DNA from: a virus
Length of the DNA stretch: 64,000 nucleotides
Strand: one strand, 5' to 3'
Virus record (IMG/VR): IMGVR_UViG_3300020442_003756
Span: 2,400-66,399 of that record
Positions 20,646 to 30,500 of this stretch are shown here, in pieces (position 1 is the first letter of the stretch; each line of letters opens with the position of its first letter). Under the pieces are notes generated by a model. It saw only the letters and a list, made by a program, of their open reading frames with translations, was not told the origin of the DNA and made no database searches. The position numbers and the translations under genes were made by a program.

Positions 20646-22586
20646 TTATGAATAAATATAAATATCACCATTTTCGTCTACATACATGTTACCTACTGCT
20701 TGGAATGTTGAAGATCCTGAAATACCATTATTATTAGCAATTGCAGTAACAAAAGATTTTGGTACAAAACCACTTCCAGCACCTGGGTCAAATGATGAAG
20801 TGAATCCCCATCTATTAGCGTTGTAATCAAATCCAAATAATTCTGTATTGGTAGGAGTTGTTTGTTGTATTGCTATACCTCCATCTCCATTTGAAGTAGA
20901 ACCAGAAGCTAATCTAATAAATCTATCAGCTACATTTAAATTACTTTCATGTTGGAAAGAAGCAGTACCTTGAACTGTTAAATCACCTTGTACAACAGCA
21001 TTTCTTGTTACTGTTAAATCTTGATTTATAGTAGCATCTAAACCAACTGTTAAATCTTCCCCAATTGACATTGTAGGAATTGATAAACTATTAGCTAAAG
21101 AAACAGCACCAGAAGAAACTTGAAAATCACTTGAATCAAATGAAGCAATACCTTTATTAGTTGTAGTAGCATCTTCACCTGAAATTGTAATTGTATTATT
21201 TGATCCTGAAGTGTCTAAACCTTCACCAGCTAAAATATTAAATGCTTGAGTTTTTAAATTTACACTTCCAGATCCTAATGACGCAGTATATTGTAAAGTT
21301 GAAGCAATTCCAGTTAAACCTGAACCATCACCTTCAAATGAACCACTAAATGAACCACTTAATTGTCCTGAAGCAGTTACAGCAGTTAAATTTAATTTAT
21401 TTAAAGTTGTTTTTGTATCACCTAAGTCAACAACAGTATCACCTAAAGTAAAACTTGATGTTGCTAATGAAGAAGTTGGTAAACCACCTGTTACAACACT
21501 TAATGAACCACCTGAAATTTCAATTGTATTACCATCAACTTGAACACCTAATTTTGTTCCACCACCACCAAATAATGCACCTGAAGACGAAACGGCTGAA
21601 GATGAAATTTGGAATGAAGTAATACCACTATCAGCAACTCTTACTCCATTTGCTCCTGCTTCTAAAGTGGAACCTGAAACTTGTACAGAAACGGTTGCAG
21701 CACTACTACCATCAAAACTAAAATCAGTTATACCACTACCATCTGTTAATGCGTTTGTTAATTTTGAAGCTGTAATATCTCCTTTAAATGATCCAGTAAA
21801 TGAACCACTAAATGAACCTGTACCACCTGTTGAAGTACCACTACCAGTAGCAAAAGTATCAAATACGGTATCAACAGCAGTTTGGTAACCAGCTAAAGAA
21901 TAACCAGTACTAATACTAATATCAGCAGCAGAAAATATAGGTGCCATTGATTCAGAAACTGATTGTTCTACAATGGCAAAAGTTGTATTTGTTGTTACTT
22001 GTGTTTTTCCAGTTGGTATACCATTAACACCATCTGAACTTGCAGTTATATAAAAAGAAGCATTAACATTAGAAGTTCTACTTCCAAATTTAGAAATTTT
22101 TAATTGAGCAAAATCACCAACAATAGTTGAACCTGCTGATGAAGTACTAGCTAATGGGAATATCATACCATATGTTCTAGTACCATCTTGATAAGTTGCA
22201 TCATCACTACCAGTAACATCTGTTAATCTAAAAGCTGCATTATTAGGTACAGTTAATGAACCAGATTCAATATAGAATGAATCAGCAGCAGGTGAAATTC
22301 TTGCTAAGGCACCTGAAGTACTTGCAGAAGAATTATCACTAACAGTAATAGTTGAACCAACTATATTTGTAATTGTTGTACCAGAAGGAAAAGCTGAGGA
22401 TTGAACTAATTTTTGTCCAATTAAGGCTTCCGAATAATTAACAGCACCACCAGCATTATTTACTGCATTTGTTATAGTGGGTGAACCACTAGTAAAATCA
22501 CCATTAATTCTTATAAATGAGTTATCACCGTTTTTATAAACGGTAGATGCTATTATTTTTCCAAAGTTAAGTCTATTCGACGCCAT
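20646..22586 (-). CDS. Ser/Gly/Thr-rich virion fibre/structural protein
   Basis: SGSFSGSFEGDGSGLTG, GDLTVQGT..L.VADRFI.L and beta-repeat motifs common in phage fibres. Confidence 0.75.
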   Translation of the reverse strand: MASNRLNFGKIIASTVYKNGDNSFIRINGDFTSGSPTITNAVNNAGGAVNYSEALIGQKLVQSSAFPSGTTITNIVGSTITVSDNSSASTSGALARISPAADSFYIESGSLTVPNNAAFRLTDVTGSDDATYQDGTRTYGMIFPLASTSSAGSTIVGDFAQLKISKFGSRTSNVNASFYITASSDGVNGIPTGKTQVTTNTTFAIVEQSVSESMAPIFSAADISISTGYSLAGYQTAVDTVFDTFATGSGTSTGGTGSFSGSFTGSFKGDITASKLTNALTDGSGITDFSFDGSSAATVSVQVSGSTLEAGANGVRVADSGITSFQISSSAVSSSGALFGGGGTKLGVQVDGNTIEISGGSLSVVTGGLPTSSLATSSFTLGDTVVDLGDTKTTLNKLNLTAVTASGQLSGSFSGSFEGDGSGLTGIASTLQYTASLGSGSVNLKTQAFNILAGEGLDTSGSNNTITISGEDATTTNKGIASFDSSDFQVSSGAVSLANSLSIPTMSIGEDLTVGLDATINQDLTVTRNAVVQGDLTVQGTASFQHESNLNVADRFIRLASGSTSNGDGGIAIQQTTPTNTELFGFDYNANRWGFTSSFDPGAGSGFVPKSFVTAIANNNGISGSSTFQAVGNMYVDENGDIYIYS

Positions 22587-22599
22587 TTAATTTTTTTAT

Positions 22600-22609
22600 T
22601 ATAAATATT
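22600..22609 (-). promoter_or_regulatory. Putative late promoter AATATTTATA
   Basis: Recurrent motif upstream of ATG. Confidence 0.7.
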
Positions 22610-22645
22610 AAAGCAACTATTAAATGGAACCTTTTTTATCACTTT

Positions 22646-24607
22646 TTAAATAGTGACTTTAAGTATTATTGGACCAAATTGATCAACACTACCTACTTTT
22701 AAAATATTAAAATTAGAACCTAGCGCAAATTGTTGTGATGGTACAAAACTTGTAGAATTACCAGCACCTGTGACACCTAAACCACTCATTACTACTGGAT
22801 TAATATTTGACTTACTTCCATATGTACCTGCACCTTCTTGAGTTCCAGCTGGTAATGTTATATTCATTGGTGAAGTTTGTTGATTATTAGCAAATAATCT
22901 AACACTATTCAATTGACTACTTCCACTTAATCCACCTGGAGCAGTAATTGTTATAGCAGTTACATCACCTGAACTATTAGTTACACTAGCAGAAAAAGCA
23001 GTTATGTAAGCTAATGCATCACCCGAAGAGCCATTACTATTAGCTACTGCACAACTAAAATGATTATCATCAATTCTTGTTATTGCTCTAAGTAAATAAT
23101 CTTGACCACCAGCATTTCTTACCATTACAACATCACCATTAGTTAAACCATGATTAGAACTTGTAACATTAAGTGTTGTAGTTACTCTATTCCATGATTT
23201 GCCTCCTAATTGATTTCCTGTTGAAGTTAATTCTAATGTATAATCAGAACCGCCTTGATCAATAATATATCTAATTTGACTATTATAAGAAGTAGAACCA
23301 CCACCTGGTGCAGAACTTCCACTTGCACCTGTAATTCCTTGAATACCTTGAACACCTTGAGCACCAGTTGTTCCCTGAGTACCTTGTGTTCCAGTACCTA
23401 TAATACCTTGTATACCTTGAACACCTTGTATACCTTGAACACCTTGTGTTCCTTGTATACCTTGTGCACCAGTAGTACCTTGTGTTCCAGCACCTGTTAT
23501 ACCTTGTATACCTTGTGTTCCTTGTGTTCCTGTAGTACCTTGAATTCCTTGAATACCTTGAATTCCTTGTATACCTTGTGCACCTGTTATACCCTGAATA
23601 CCTTGTGTTCCTTGAGTACCAGTTCCTGTTATACCTTGAATACCTTGAGTTCCTTGAATACCTTGTTGTCCCGTTTGACCTTGTGTACCAGTTTCTCCTT
23701 GAGTACCTGCACCGGTAATACCTTGAATACCTTGAATACCTTGTGTTCCTTGTGTACCAGTAGCACCCTGAGCACCTGTTATACCTTGAGCCCCTGTTGC
23801 ACCTGTAATACCTTGAATACCTTGTGCACCAGTAATACCTTGAGCACCTGTATCACCAGCCGCTCCTTGAACACCTTGGATTCCTTGAATTCCTTGTGTA
23901 CCTGTATCACCTTGAGCTCCAGTAATACCTTGAATACCTTGAATTCCTTGGGTTCCTTGAGCACCAGTAGCTCCTTGAGTTCCAATTGCATCAGCACCTT
24001 GTATACCTTGTATACCTTGTATTCCTTGGGTACCTTGTGTTCCAGTTGAACCACCCGCACCAGTTTCTCCTTGTGTACCTGTTATACCTTGAATACCTTG
24101 AATACCTTGAGCGCCAGTAGTACCTTGTGAACCACTTATACCAGCAATACCTTGAATACCTTGTGCACCTGTTATACCCTGAATACCTTGAGCACCTGTT
24201 GTTCCTTGAGTACCTCCAGGACCTGAAGGTCCTGTTATACCTTGAATACCTTGAATACCTTGTGTTCCTTGAGTACCTGTAGTACCTTGTGCACCAGTAG
24301 TACCCTGAGCACTTGCTAAAGAGTTAAAAAATACTTGACCATCAGCTGTATTAATTGCTAAAGCTTCTACTCTACCATCTAAACTACCTGATATATCCGT
24401 TAAACCATGTAAATGGATACCAGAAGTAATTGAACCTGAAGTAAAAGATTGACTAACTTGGAATGAACCAGTTACTAATAATGAGCCTGAAGTTTTAATC
24501 TGGTAATCTTGTATACCCGTAAATGCATCGACAGATTGAGAAACCTGTAGTGCTTCTATGGTTTGCCCAGTTGCGATCCCAGTTTTGGATAATGATTTAA
24601 GAGCCAT
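22646..24607 (-). CDS. Collagen-like fibre protein 3 (no S74 domain)
   Basis: Gly-X-Y tract about 23325-24305; N-terminus paralogous to fibre 2; HGLTNGDVV C-terminal beta domain. Confidence 0.9.
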   Translation of the reverse strand: MALKSLSKTGIATGQTIEALQVSQSVDAFTGIQDYQIKTSGSLLVTGSFQVSQSFTSGSITSGIHLHGLTDISGSLDGRVEALAINTADGQVFFNSLASAQGTTGAQGTTGTQGTQGIQGIQGITGPSGPGGTQGTTGAQGIQGITGAQGIQGIAGISGSQGTTGAQGIQGIQGITGTQGETGAGGSTGTQGTQGIQGIQGIQGADAIGTQGATGAQGTQGIQGIQGITGAQGDTGTQGIQGIQGVQGAAGDTGAQGITGAQGIQGITGATGAQGITGAQGATGTQGTQGIQGIQGITGAGTQGETGTQGQTGQQGIQGTQGIQGITGTGTQGTQGIQGITGAQGIQGIQGIQGIQGTTGTQGTQGIQGITGAGTQGTTGAQGIQGTQGVQGIQGVQGIQGIIGTGTQGTQGTTGAQGVQGIQGITGASGSSAPGGGSTSYNSQIRYIIDQGGSDYTLELTSTGNQLGGKSWNRVTTTLNVTSSNHGLTNGDVVMVRNAGGQDYLLRAITRIDDNHFSCAVANSNGSSGDALAYITAFSASVTNSSGDVTAITITAPGGLSGSSQLNSVRLFANNQQTSPMNITLPAGTQEGAGTYGSKSNINPVVMSGLGVTGAGNSTSFVPSQQFALGSNFNILKVGSVDQFGPIILKVTI

Positions 24608-24626
24608 GGTTTTATTTTGTATTTAT

Positions 24627-24636
24627 TATAAATATT
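24627..24636 (-). promoter_or_regulatory. Putative late promoter AATATTTATA
   Basis: Recurrent motif upstream of ATG. Confidence 0.7.
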
Positions 24637-24642
24637 ATTTAA

Positions 24643-25752
24643 TTATTGTCTATCAATGTTTATTAAAATAGTTGTGTCAGTAGTTTGAGAAGTTGGTAAT
24701 GGTTGTGCCAATTTCCCAACTGCTAACAATTCATTTGCCTCATTATACATACCAACAGCTGTAACATAAGGACTAAAAAATGAGCTAGTAGCAAAGTTTT
24801 TATAAACCCCAGTATTAGTCGAACCCGAAATTATTGTTGGGTTTTGTGAATAATTAAATTCATCTTCTGAGATTGTTGCTTTGTACTGCGTTTCATAAAT
24901 AGTAAAAGAACTTGAAAATGAAGCAGTTATTTCAGTACATAAAGCAAAATCGGCTATATCATTAGCACCAACTAATCTACCACCATAAGTATCATCACCA
25001 TATTCTGCTGAATTATATTTTGAAAATTCACCTGTTACTTCTTTTCTGCTACCACCTGTAAGAATAACCATACCATGTTGATAAATAACATTACCAACAT
25101 AAATTGAAGATGAATTAAATCTATTTTGTCTTTTTAATCTTCCTTCTCCATCATCAAAATAGCTACCACTTGGGCAAGTTATTCTAAGTGAACCAGGCAT
25201 AATTTGATCTCCATAAAGTTGTTGTGGTATTGACATTATGGCAATTGTTGGTTCAATAACCGAAACACTATATTTATCTATACCATAAATTGCTTTACCA
25301 TAAATTGAACCGTTTTGTGATGGTGTTAATGCATGGTAAGAGCTTGTAGGAAAATATTTAAATGGTTTTAAATCTGACTGTTCATAATTCCAAAAAGCAT
25401 TAGAACCAACTCTGCCTTGTATAGTTCCATCTACAGCAAAACTTGCAGTATTCATAGGTTGAACTTCACCGTTACTACTAGAAATATAATTTGTATAATA
25501 TAATTGCTTTACTGAATTATAAGCATCAGAAGAGGTTACTTTAAAATTAAAACCAGTTGAGCCAGATAGGTTAAAAGGATTACCTAAATATCTTTCAATT
25601 GAATAATAATTTGAACCTGTATATTGGTTAGAAGAAGAGATTGATAGCGAAGCAGTAGCTAAAGTGCCACCTCCTTTAAAATGAAACCCTTTAGTTAATT
25701 GTAAGGGAGATATTATTATATCTTGCGAATTGAATTGTTTGTACGCCGCCAT
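24643..25752 (-). CDS. Baseplate/fibre-attachment structural protein
   Basis: C-terminal FNYS.NP...PYVT.VG.YN..NELLAV.KL..PL shared with the next gene. Confidence 0.7.
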   Translation of the reverse strand: MAAYKQFNSQDIIISPLQLTKGFHFKGGGTLATASLSISSSNQYTGSNYYSIERYLGNPFNLSGSTGFNFKVTSSDAYNSVKQLYYTNYISSSNGEVQPMNTASFAVDGTIQGRVGSNAFWNYEQSDLKPFKYFPTSSYHALTPSQNGSIYGKAIYGIDKYSVSVIEPTIAIMSIPQQLYGDQIMPGSLRITCPSGSYFDDGEGRLKRQNRFNSSSIYVGNVIYQHGMVILTGGSRKEVTGEFSKYNSAEYGDDTYGGRLVGANDIADFALCTEITASFSSSFTIYETQYKATISEDEFNYSQNPTIISGSTNTGVYKNFATSSFFSPYVTAVGMYNEANELLAVGKLAQPLPTSQTTDTTILINIDRQ

Positions 25753-25758
25753 CCATTC

Positions 25759-26793
25759 TTAAAAATCTAATTTAACTCTAATAAGAGCTTCTTTTGTAAA
25801 GTTTTTGTTTAACGGTTTAGATAATTTTGCAACTGCAAGTAAATCATTTGAATCATTATATAATCCAACTGTAGTCATATATGTTTGTGGATTATTAATA
25901 AAATAATTATAAATTACTTCACCAGTTGATCCTGAAATATATGAAGGATTTTCAGAATAGTTAAACTCACTATTTCTTGCTCTTACAAATACAAAATCTG
26001 AAGTTACAGTTTCTTCAGAATTTAAAGCAAAATTAGAACCTGAAACAATTGCATTAAACATTCTTCGGTTATTATTACCATTTGTATTAGCTGTAGTAAC
26101 AGTTCCTAAATTGATACCTTGACCATCATTTGTACCAGTACTACCTGCAGATGAATTATCATCTAAAGCAGCTGCATTTAAAATAATAGTTGAAGTATCA
26201 GGGAAAAATAAACCATAAGAACCACTATAAGAATAACCATTACCACTCCAAGCACTTCCATCTGAACCACTTACAATTTGGTATCCTCTTTGTGTACCAT
26301 AATAAGTTGGTAAAGTTACATCTTTTGAATTATCTGTTAATTGAATTGTTTTAGAACCACTACCAATAGTTAAATTTAAACTACCAGGTAATAAACTTTC
26401 TTTATATCTTGCTCTTTCAACACTTAAAGCATAAATTGAACTTCCAGTAAAGTTACCAAAAATAAAACTTGAATTTTCATCTTCTAACATTAATGTTCTA
26501 TATTGACCATAAATTGTAGAAGCTGGTGAAACACCTGCTGCAGCTGAGTTGTTATAAGCTAAAGCACCTCCACCATTTGCATTACCATAAGCAATTTGAA
26601 ATTGAGAAGCTCTATCAGCAGAACCTGAATCGGCATTGAATACATTTGTATAATATTTACCTGAAATACTCGCTACTTGATTTGATTGAGTAAAAAAGGT
26701 TGTTAAAGTTGTAGCATTGCCTGACCAACAAGTTGAAGTTATTGATTGAGCACTTACTACAAAATCATCTGGATCTAATCTTTTAAAGCCCAT
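25759..26793 (-). CDS. Baseplate/fibre-attachment structural protein (paralogue)
   Basis: FNYSENP...TYMTTVGLYNDSNDLLAVAKLSKPL. Confidence 0.7.
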   Translation of the reverse strand: MGFKRLDPDDFVVSAQSITSTCWSGNATTLTTFFTQSNQVASISGKYYTNVFNADSGSADRASQFQIAYGNANGGGALAYNNSAAAGVSPASTIYGQYRTLMLEDENSSFIFGNFTGSSIYALSVERARYKESLLPGSLNLTIGSGSKTIQLTDNSKDVTLPTYYGTQRGYQIVSGSDGSAWSGNGYSYSGSYGLFFPDTSTIILNAAALDDNSSAGSTGTNDGQGINLGTVTTANTNGNNNRRMFNAIVSGSNFALNSEETVTSDFVFVRARNSEFNYSENPSYISGSTGEVIYNYFINNPQTYMTTVGLYNDSNDLLAVAKLSKPLNKNFTKEALIRVKLDF

Positions 26794-26803
26794 TTATTTT
26801 ATT

Positions 26804-27472
26804 TTAAGTTGTTGTTCTTGTTACAGTTAAAGGTACAGTTATTCTAGCACCACTATCTAAACCAGTAACAGTTAATGTTGTTACTATTGATGTTGACCCT
26901 GAACCATATAATGTATTTACTGTAGTTGCTCTTAAATTAATTTGAGTTCCAATTACAGTAGAAGATACATTTGTTCCAATTGTTTGGGTAGATGAAGCAT
27001 TAGCTGCGGTAGCAGCACTTGTATTAATACCAGTTGCATCAAATGTATTTAATAATCTTACATCAGCAACAGTACAACTATATCCACTAGTTTCAAAGGT
27101 CTGGTCATTACCTAAATAATTCAGTGTTTGTGGGGTAATAGCTAAACTTGCTCCTTGTTGTAATGTTATTGCAGCAAAACCAATATCAAGTACAGGTAAT
27201 TTAGCTGTACCTCTTGGTAAAGTTGCTAATTTATATTTCATTATTTGGTTAGCTTCAGGAAATGCTTCTAATAATGGCATTCCGTCTATTGCTTCACCAT
27301 AAAATGCAGAACCTGATGGGTGTTGTGGATTATATAAAGTATAATCAATCTCATCATCTGCAAGAGCGAATTGTGTTATTCTAAAAGAACCGTCATTTTG
27401 AGCTAATAATTGTCTACCTTTTGTAGTCAAGATAGCATCAACTGTTATTACTGAATTATTTAAATATCCCAT
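26804..27472 (-). CDS. Virion structural protein (tail-collar-fibre-like N-terminus)
   Basis: DAILTTKGRQLLA...RITQFALADDEIDY. Confidence 0.65.
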   Translation of the reverse strand: MGYLNNSVITVDAILTTKGRQLLAQNDGSFRITQFALADDEIDYTLYNPQHPSGSAFYGEAIDGMPLLEAFPEANQIMKYKLATLPRGTAKLPVLDIGFAAITLQQGASLAITPQTLNYLGNDQTFETSGYSCTVADVRLLNTFDATGINTSAATAANASSTQTIGTNVSSTVIGTQINLRATTVNTLYGSGSTSIVTTLTVTGLDSGARITVPLTVTRTTT

Positions 27473-27484
27473 TTTGTTTTTTTA

Positions 27485-27514
27485 TATAAATATTGTTATA
27501 TGTTCATAAATATT
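27485..27514 (-). promoter_or_regulatory. Tandem putative late promoters (AATATTTAT x2)
   Basis: Copies at 27485-27494 and 27505-27514. Confidence 0.65.
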
Positions 27515-27515
27515 A

Positions 27516-30500
27516 TTAATCTATAAGCTTATTATTTCTTAGTGCATCAAGGAGTAAATCAGGCTGATTATTAATATCAGCTGTTGGAAATACTGGAAAT
27601 ACAATCGCAGAAGTAGTTAATTGTTTCTTTGATAATGGTTCAGCAGGTAAATTTTGAAATCCTGGAATTGTTGAACCTGATACCTGACGGTTTTTGTTAT
27701 AAACTGATCTAAGTCCAGTTGTTCCTGGATAAGGGAATTCATTTTCAATTATTATTGTTGAAGCATCATCAACATATCTTCTTAATAAAAAGAAATCTTT
27801 ATTAACTGAGGCATCAATATCTCTATCAACTTGTAGCCTTAATTCAAATCGAGGGGTACCACCTTGTGACGATAAAGATTCATTATCAGAAGGATTAGTT
27901 ACATTTATAATTTTATAAGCTTGACTTTCAACGTTTTCAAATCTAATTTCATCACCAACTTCAACAGTAAAAGGTAATCTTTGTTGTGGCCAAGTAGTAT
28001 CAATTGGTTCTAAGTTACCAGGGAAATAAGTACTTGTACTTCCTGAATATGCTAAAGTTCTTTGAATTGAATTTCCGTAAACTACATTACCATTAGAAGA
28101 AGATAAATGTATTATATCTAAACCAGTATTTCCTGGTTCTCCAAAATCTGTTGATGATGTAATTGATGAACCTGTTACATCAGTAAAAGGAAAATACCAA
28201 AATGGTGAATTCATTGCATTATCAGTAGAATTTTGTCCAGTCATTAATCCCGCTATTCTTATTAAAGCCGTTGGGAATGGAGGTGGATTAATTGGAGCAT
28301 TTTGGTTTGTTGGACTTGCTACGTGAGTTGGGTTCCAGAAATTAAATTTCGTTGAAGCAACGGTTTCTGCATCATAATTACAATTTGTTCTCCATCTATA
28401 ATATCTATTTGTTTTTAAAGTTCCTGTGGTTTTTAAATTAAGAAGGAAATCAACATAAGTACAATCAGCATAATTTCTACCTTTTTGGGTTATTATAGTG
28501 CTTATATTAGAAACATTAACTGTTATTCTATATTTATTCCCATTAAATCCAATATTTCCACCACCTAATACTTCTTGTGTTGGTATTGTGATAAAATCAT
28601 TACCAAAATAAAATTTCATTTGTGGTGGTGCTACTAATTCTAAAGGTTCTTGTACTACAGAACTATTAAAGTTTTGACTTGTAGAAGATTCTAAACCTAC
28701 TTCATAAAAACCAACTTCATTATCCCATTGAGATTTTTTCCAAAATGAACCAGCTTTTGTTAAACGAGGCAATGGTTTAGTACTTGGTTGAATATAAGCT
28801 AATTGTATACTATACGCGTCAGAAAGTGAATTAGGTATATTTGGAGGTGCTAGAGGATCTGGGGCAAATTTAATAACACCAGATAAAGAACTGGTTGGAC
28901 TAGTTAGTAAAGCTGGATAACCTACATTACCTGCAGTTGCAATTGTAACACTTTGAGAAGCAGCTAATGGAGTTCTTTGGAATTGTTTACTCATTCTATT
29001 ACCACCCCAAGCAGTACCTCCTGCTGTTAAACTATAATCAGTAAAGTCAGCTTCATAGTTTGAAACAACACCTGCAAAACCACCCATTGGTACAACTCTA
29101 GTATACCCAATTGATGAAGTTTGAGAATAAAGTACCGGTTCAATTCTTTTAGCAACTTTAAGTAATGATTTTACTCCATTTAATGCTAAATATTGTGTTT
29201 GTGAATCTTGTGGGTTTACAGCAATTCTTGCTTTATTTTCATATGCTCCTAAAGCTGTATTATTTGGATTATTATCTGTTTCGCTAACGGCATAAGTTGC
29301 TTGTAAATCAAAAGCACCCCAATCAGATAAGTTTGGTTGTACCGCTTTACCAGTTCCGTCAACTAAATATTTTATATTTGCTTGTGTAGCACCATTAAGT
29401 AATGGATAAGGATCAGTTACTTCATTTGCGTATCCAAAGTAAGATGTTAAGTAATCAATTGGAGGTAAACCATATCCACCTTCTAAACCATCAATTGAAT
29501 TTAAATTAAATGCTGTTGATGTTGAACCAACATATCTTGGTGCAATAATTCTTGTTGTAGTGTAATTTGAATCTTGTACATCTGCTAATTCTGCAGTTCC
29601 ACTAATAATTTGATCAAAGTTAACTGGGGTGTATATTCCATAGGAATAATCAACATCATAAAAATTACTACTATCTCTATCTTTATTAATATTATTTAAA
29701 GTTGGTTGACAATCAGTAGCAAAATCAAAAGGTAAAGTACCAGAAAATGCTCCTTCTAAATTTGTAGGAACTAAACCATCACCTTCAATTAAAGGTAAGT
29801 TTTGAAACTCCATATAATAATCTTTAACAAATAAAGCATTTTGTACTGATGAAGAAGCTGCAGAACCAGAAGAAACTGAAATTGCCATATTAATACAATC
29901 TCTATAATAGATTGATTCAGTAATCATAAAACTCATAGTATGTTGAGTTTCAGTTCCTTGATTTACATGAAATACAGATTCTGTTAAAATTGATTGTGAA
30001 ACAGTACTTATTAAACTACCAGTAATATCAACTGTAGGTACATGGTTGGGAAAGTTTCCTTTAAATAATTTTATTGAACAAGTAGGCCAAGTATCACCAT
30101 CACCTAATTCCCCCGCACCATAACTTGCAGTACCATATAAAGAGCCAGTAGCACCATAAACAGCACCTGCGGAAGGGTCACTACCAGTCCAAGCATCAAC
30201 TCTAATACTAGCAGTTATCATTATATTAGTTTGAGGTACTTGATTAAAGATGTATAAACCATCTAAAGAAGAACTTAATGATGAAGAATAAGAAGCATAA
30301 ACTTTATCAATTCTATAAGCATAATAATCAGGAACTGTTACACCTGAAGCTTGAACACTATTAACAGCAAAACCAGAACCACTCGTAACAAGACCAATAA
30401 AACTAGAAGATGGGGTACCCACTAATGCATCAAAATTTGCTTGTTTTCCTGGTTCAACATCAAAAAACGAACTTGTTAAATTTGAAGCAGTATAAGTAAT

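Noticed and set aside
8641-24060. Dozens of + strand and alternate-frame ORFs (TLSTCCTL..., LKVFKV..., YLEYL...)
   Set aside because: Shadow frames of the collagen codon repeats; low complexity, no starts in intergenic context
8945-24305. Regular short DNA repeats resembling a CRISPR array or satellite
   Set aside because: 9-nt codon periodicity inside open collagen ORFs; no repeat-spacer structure and no cas genes
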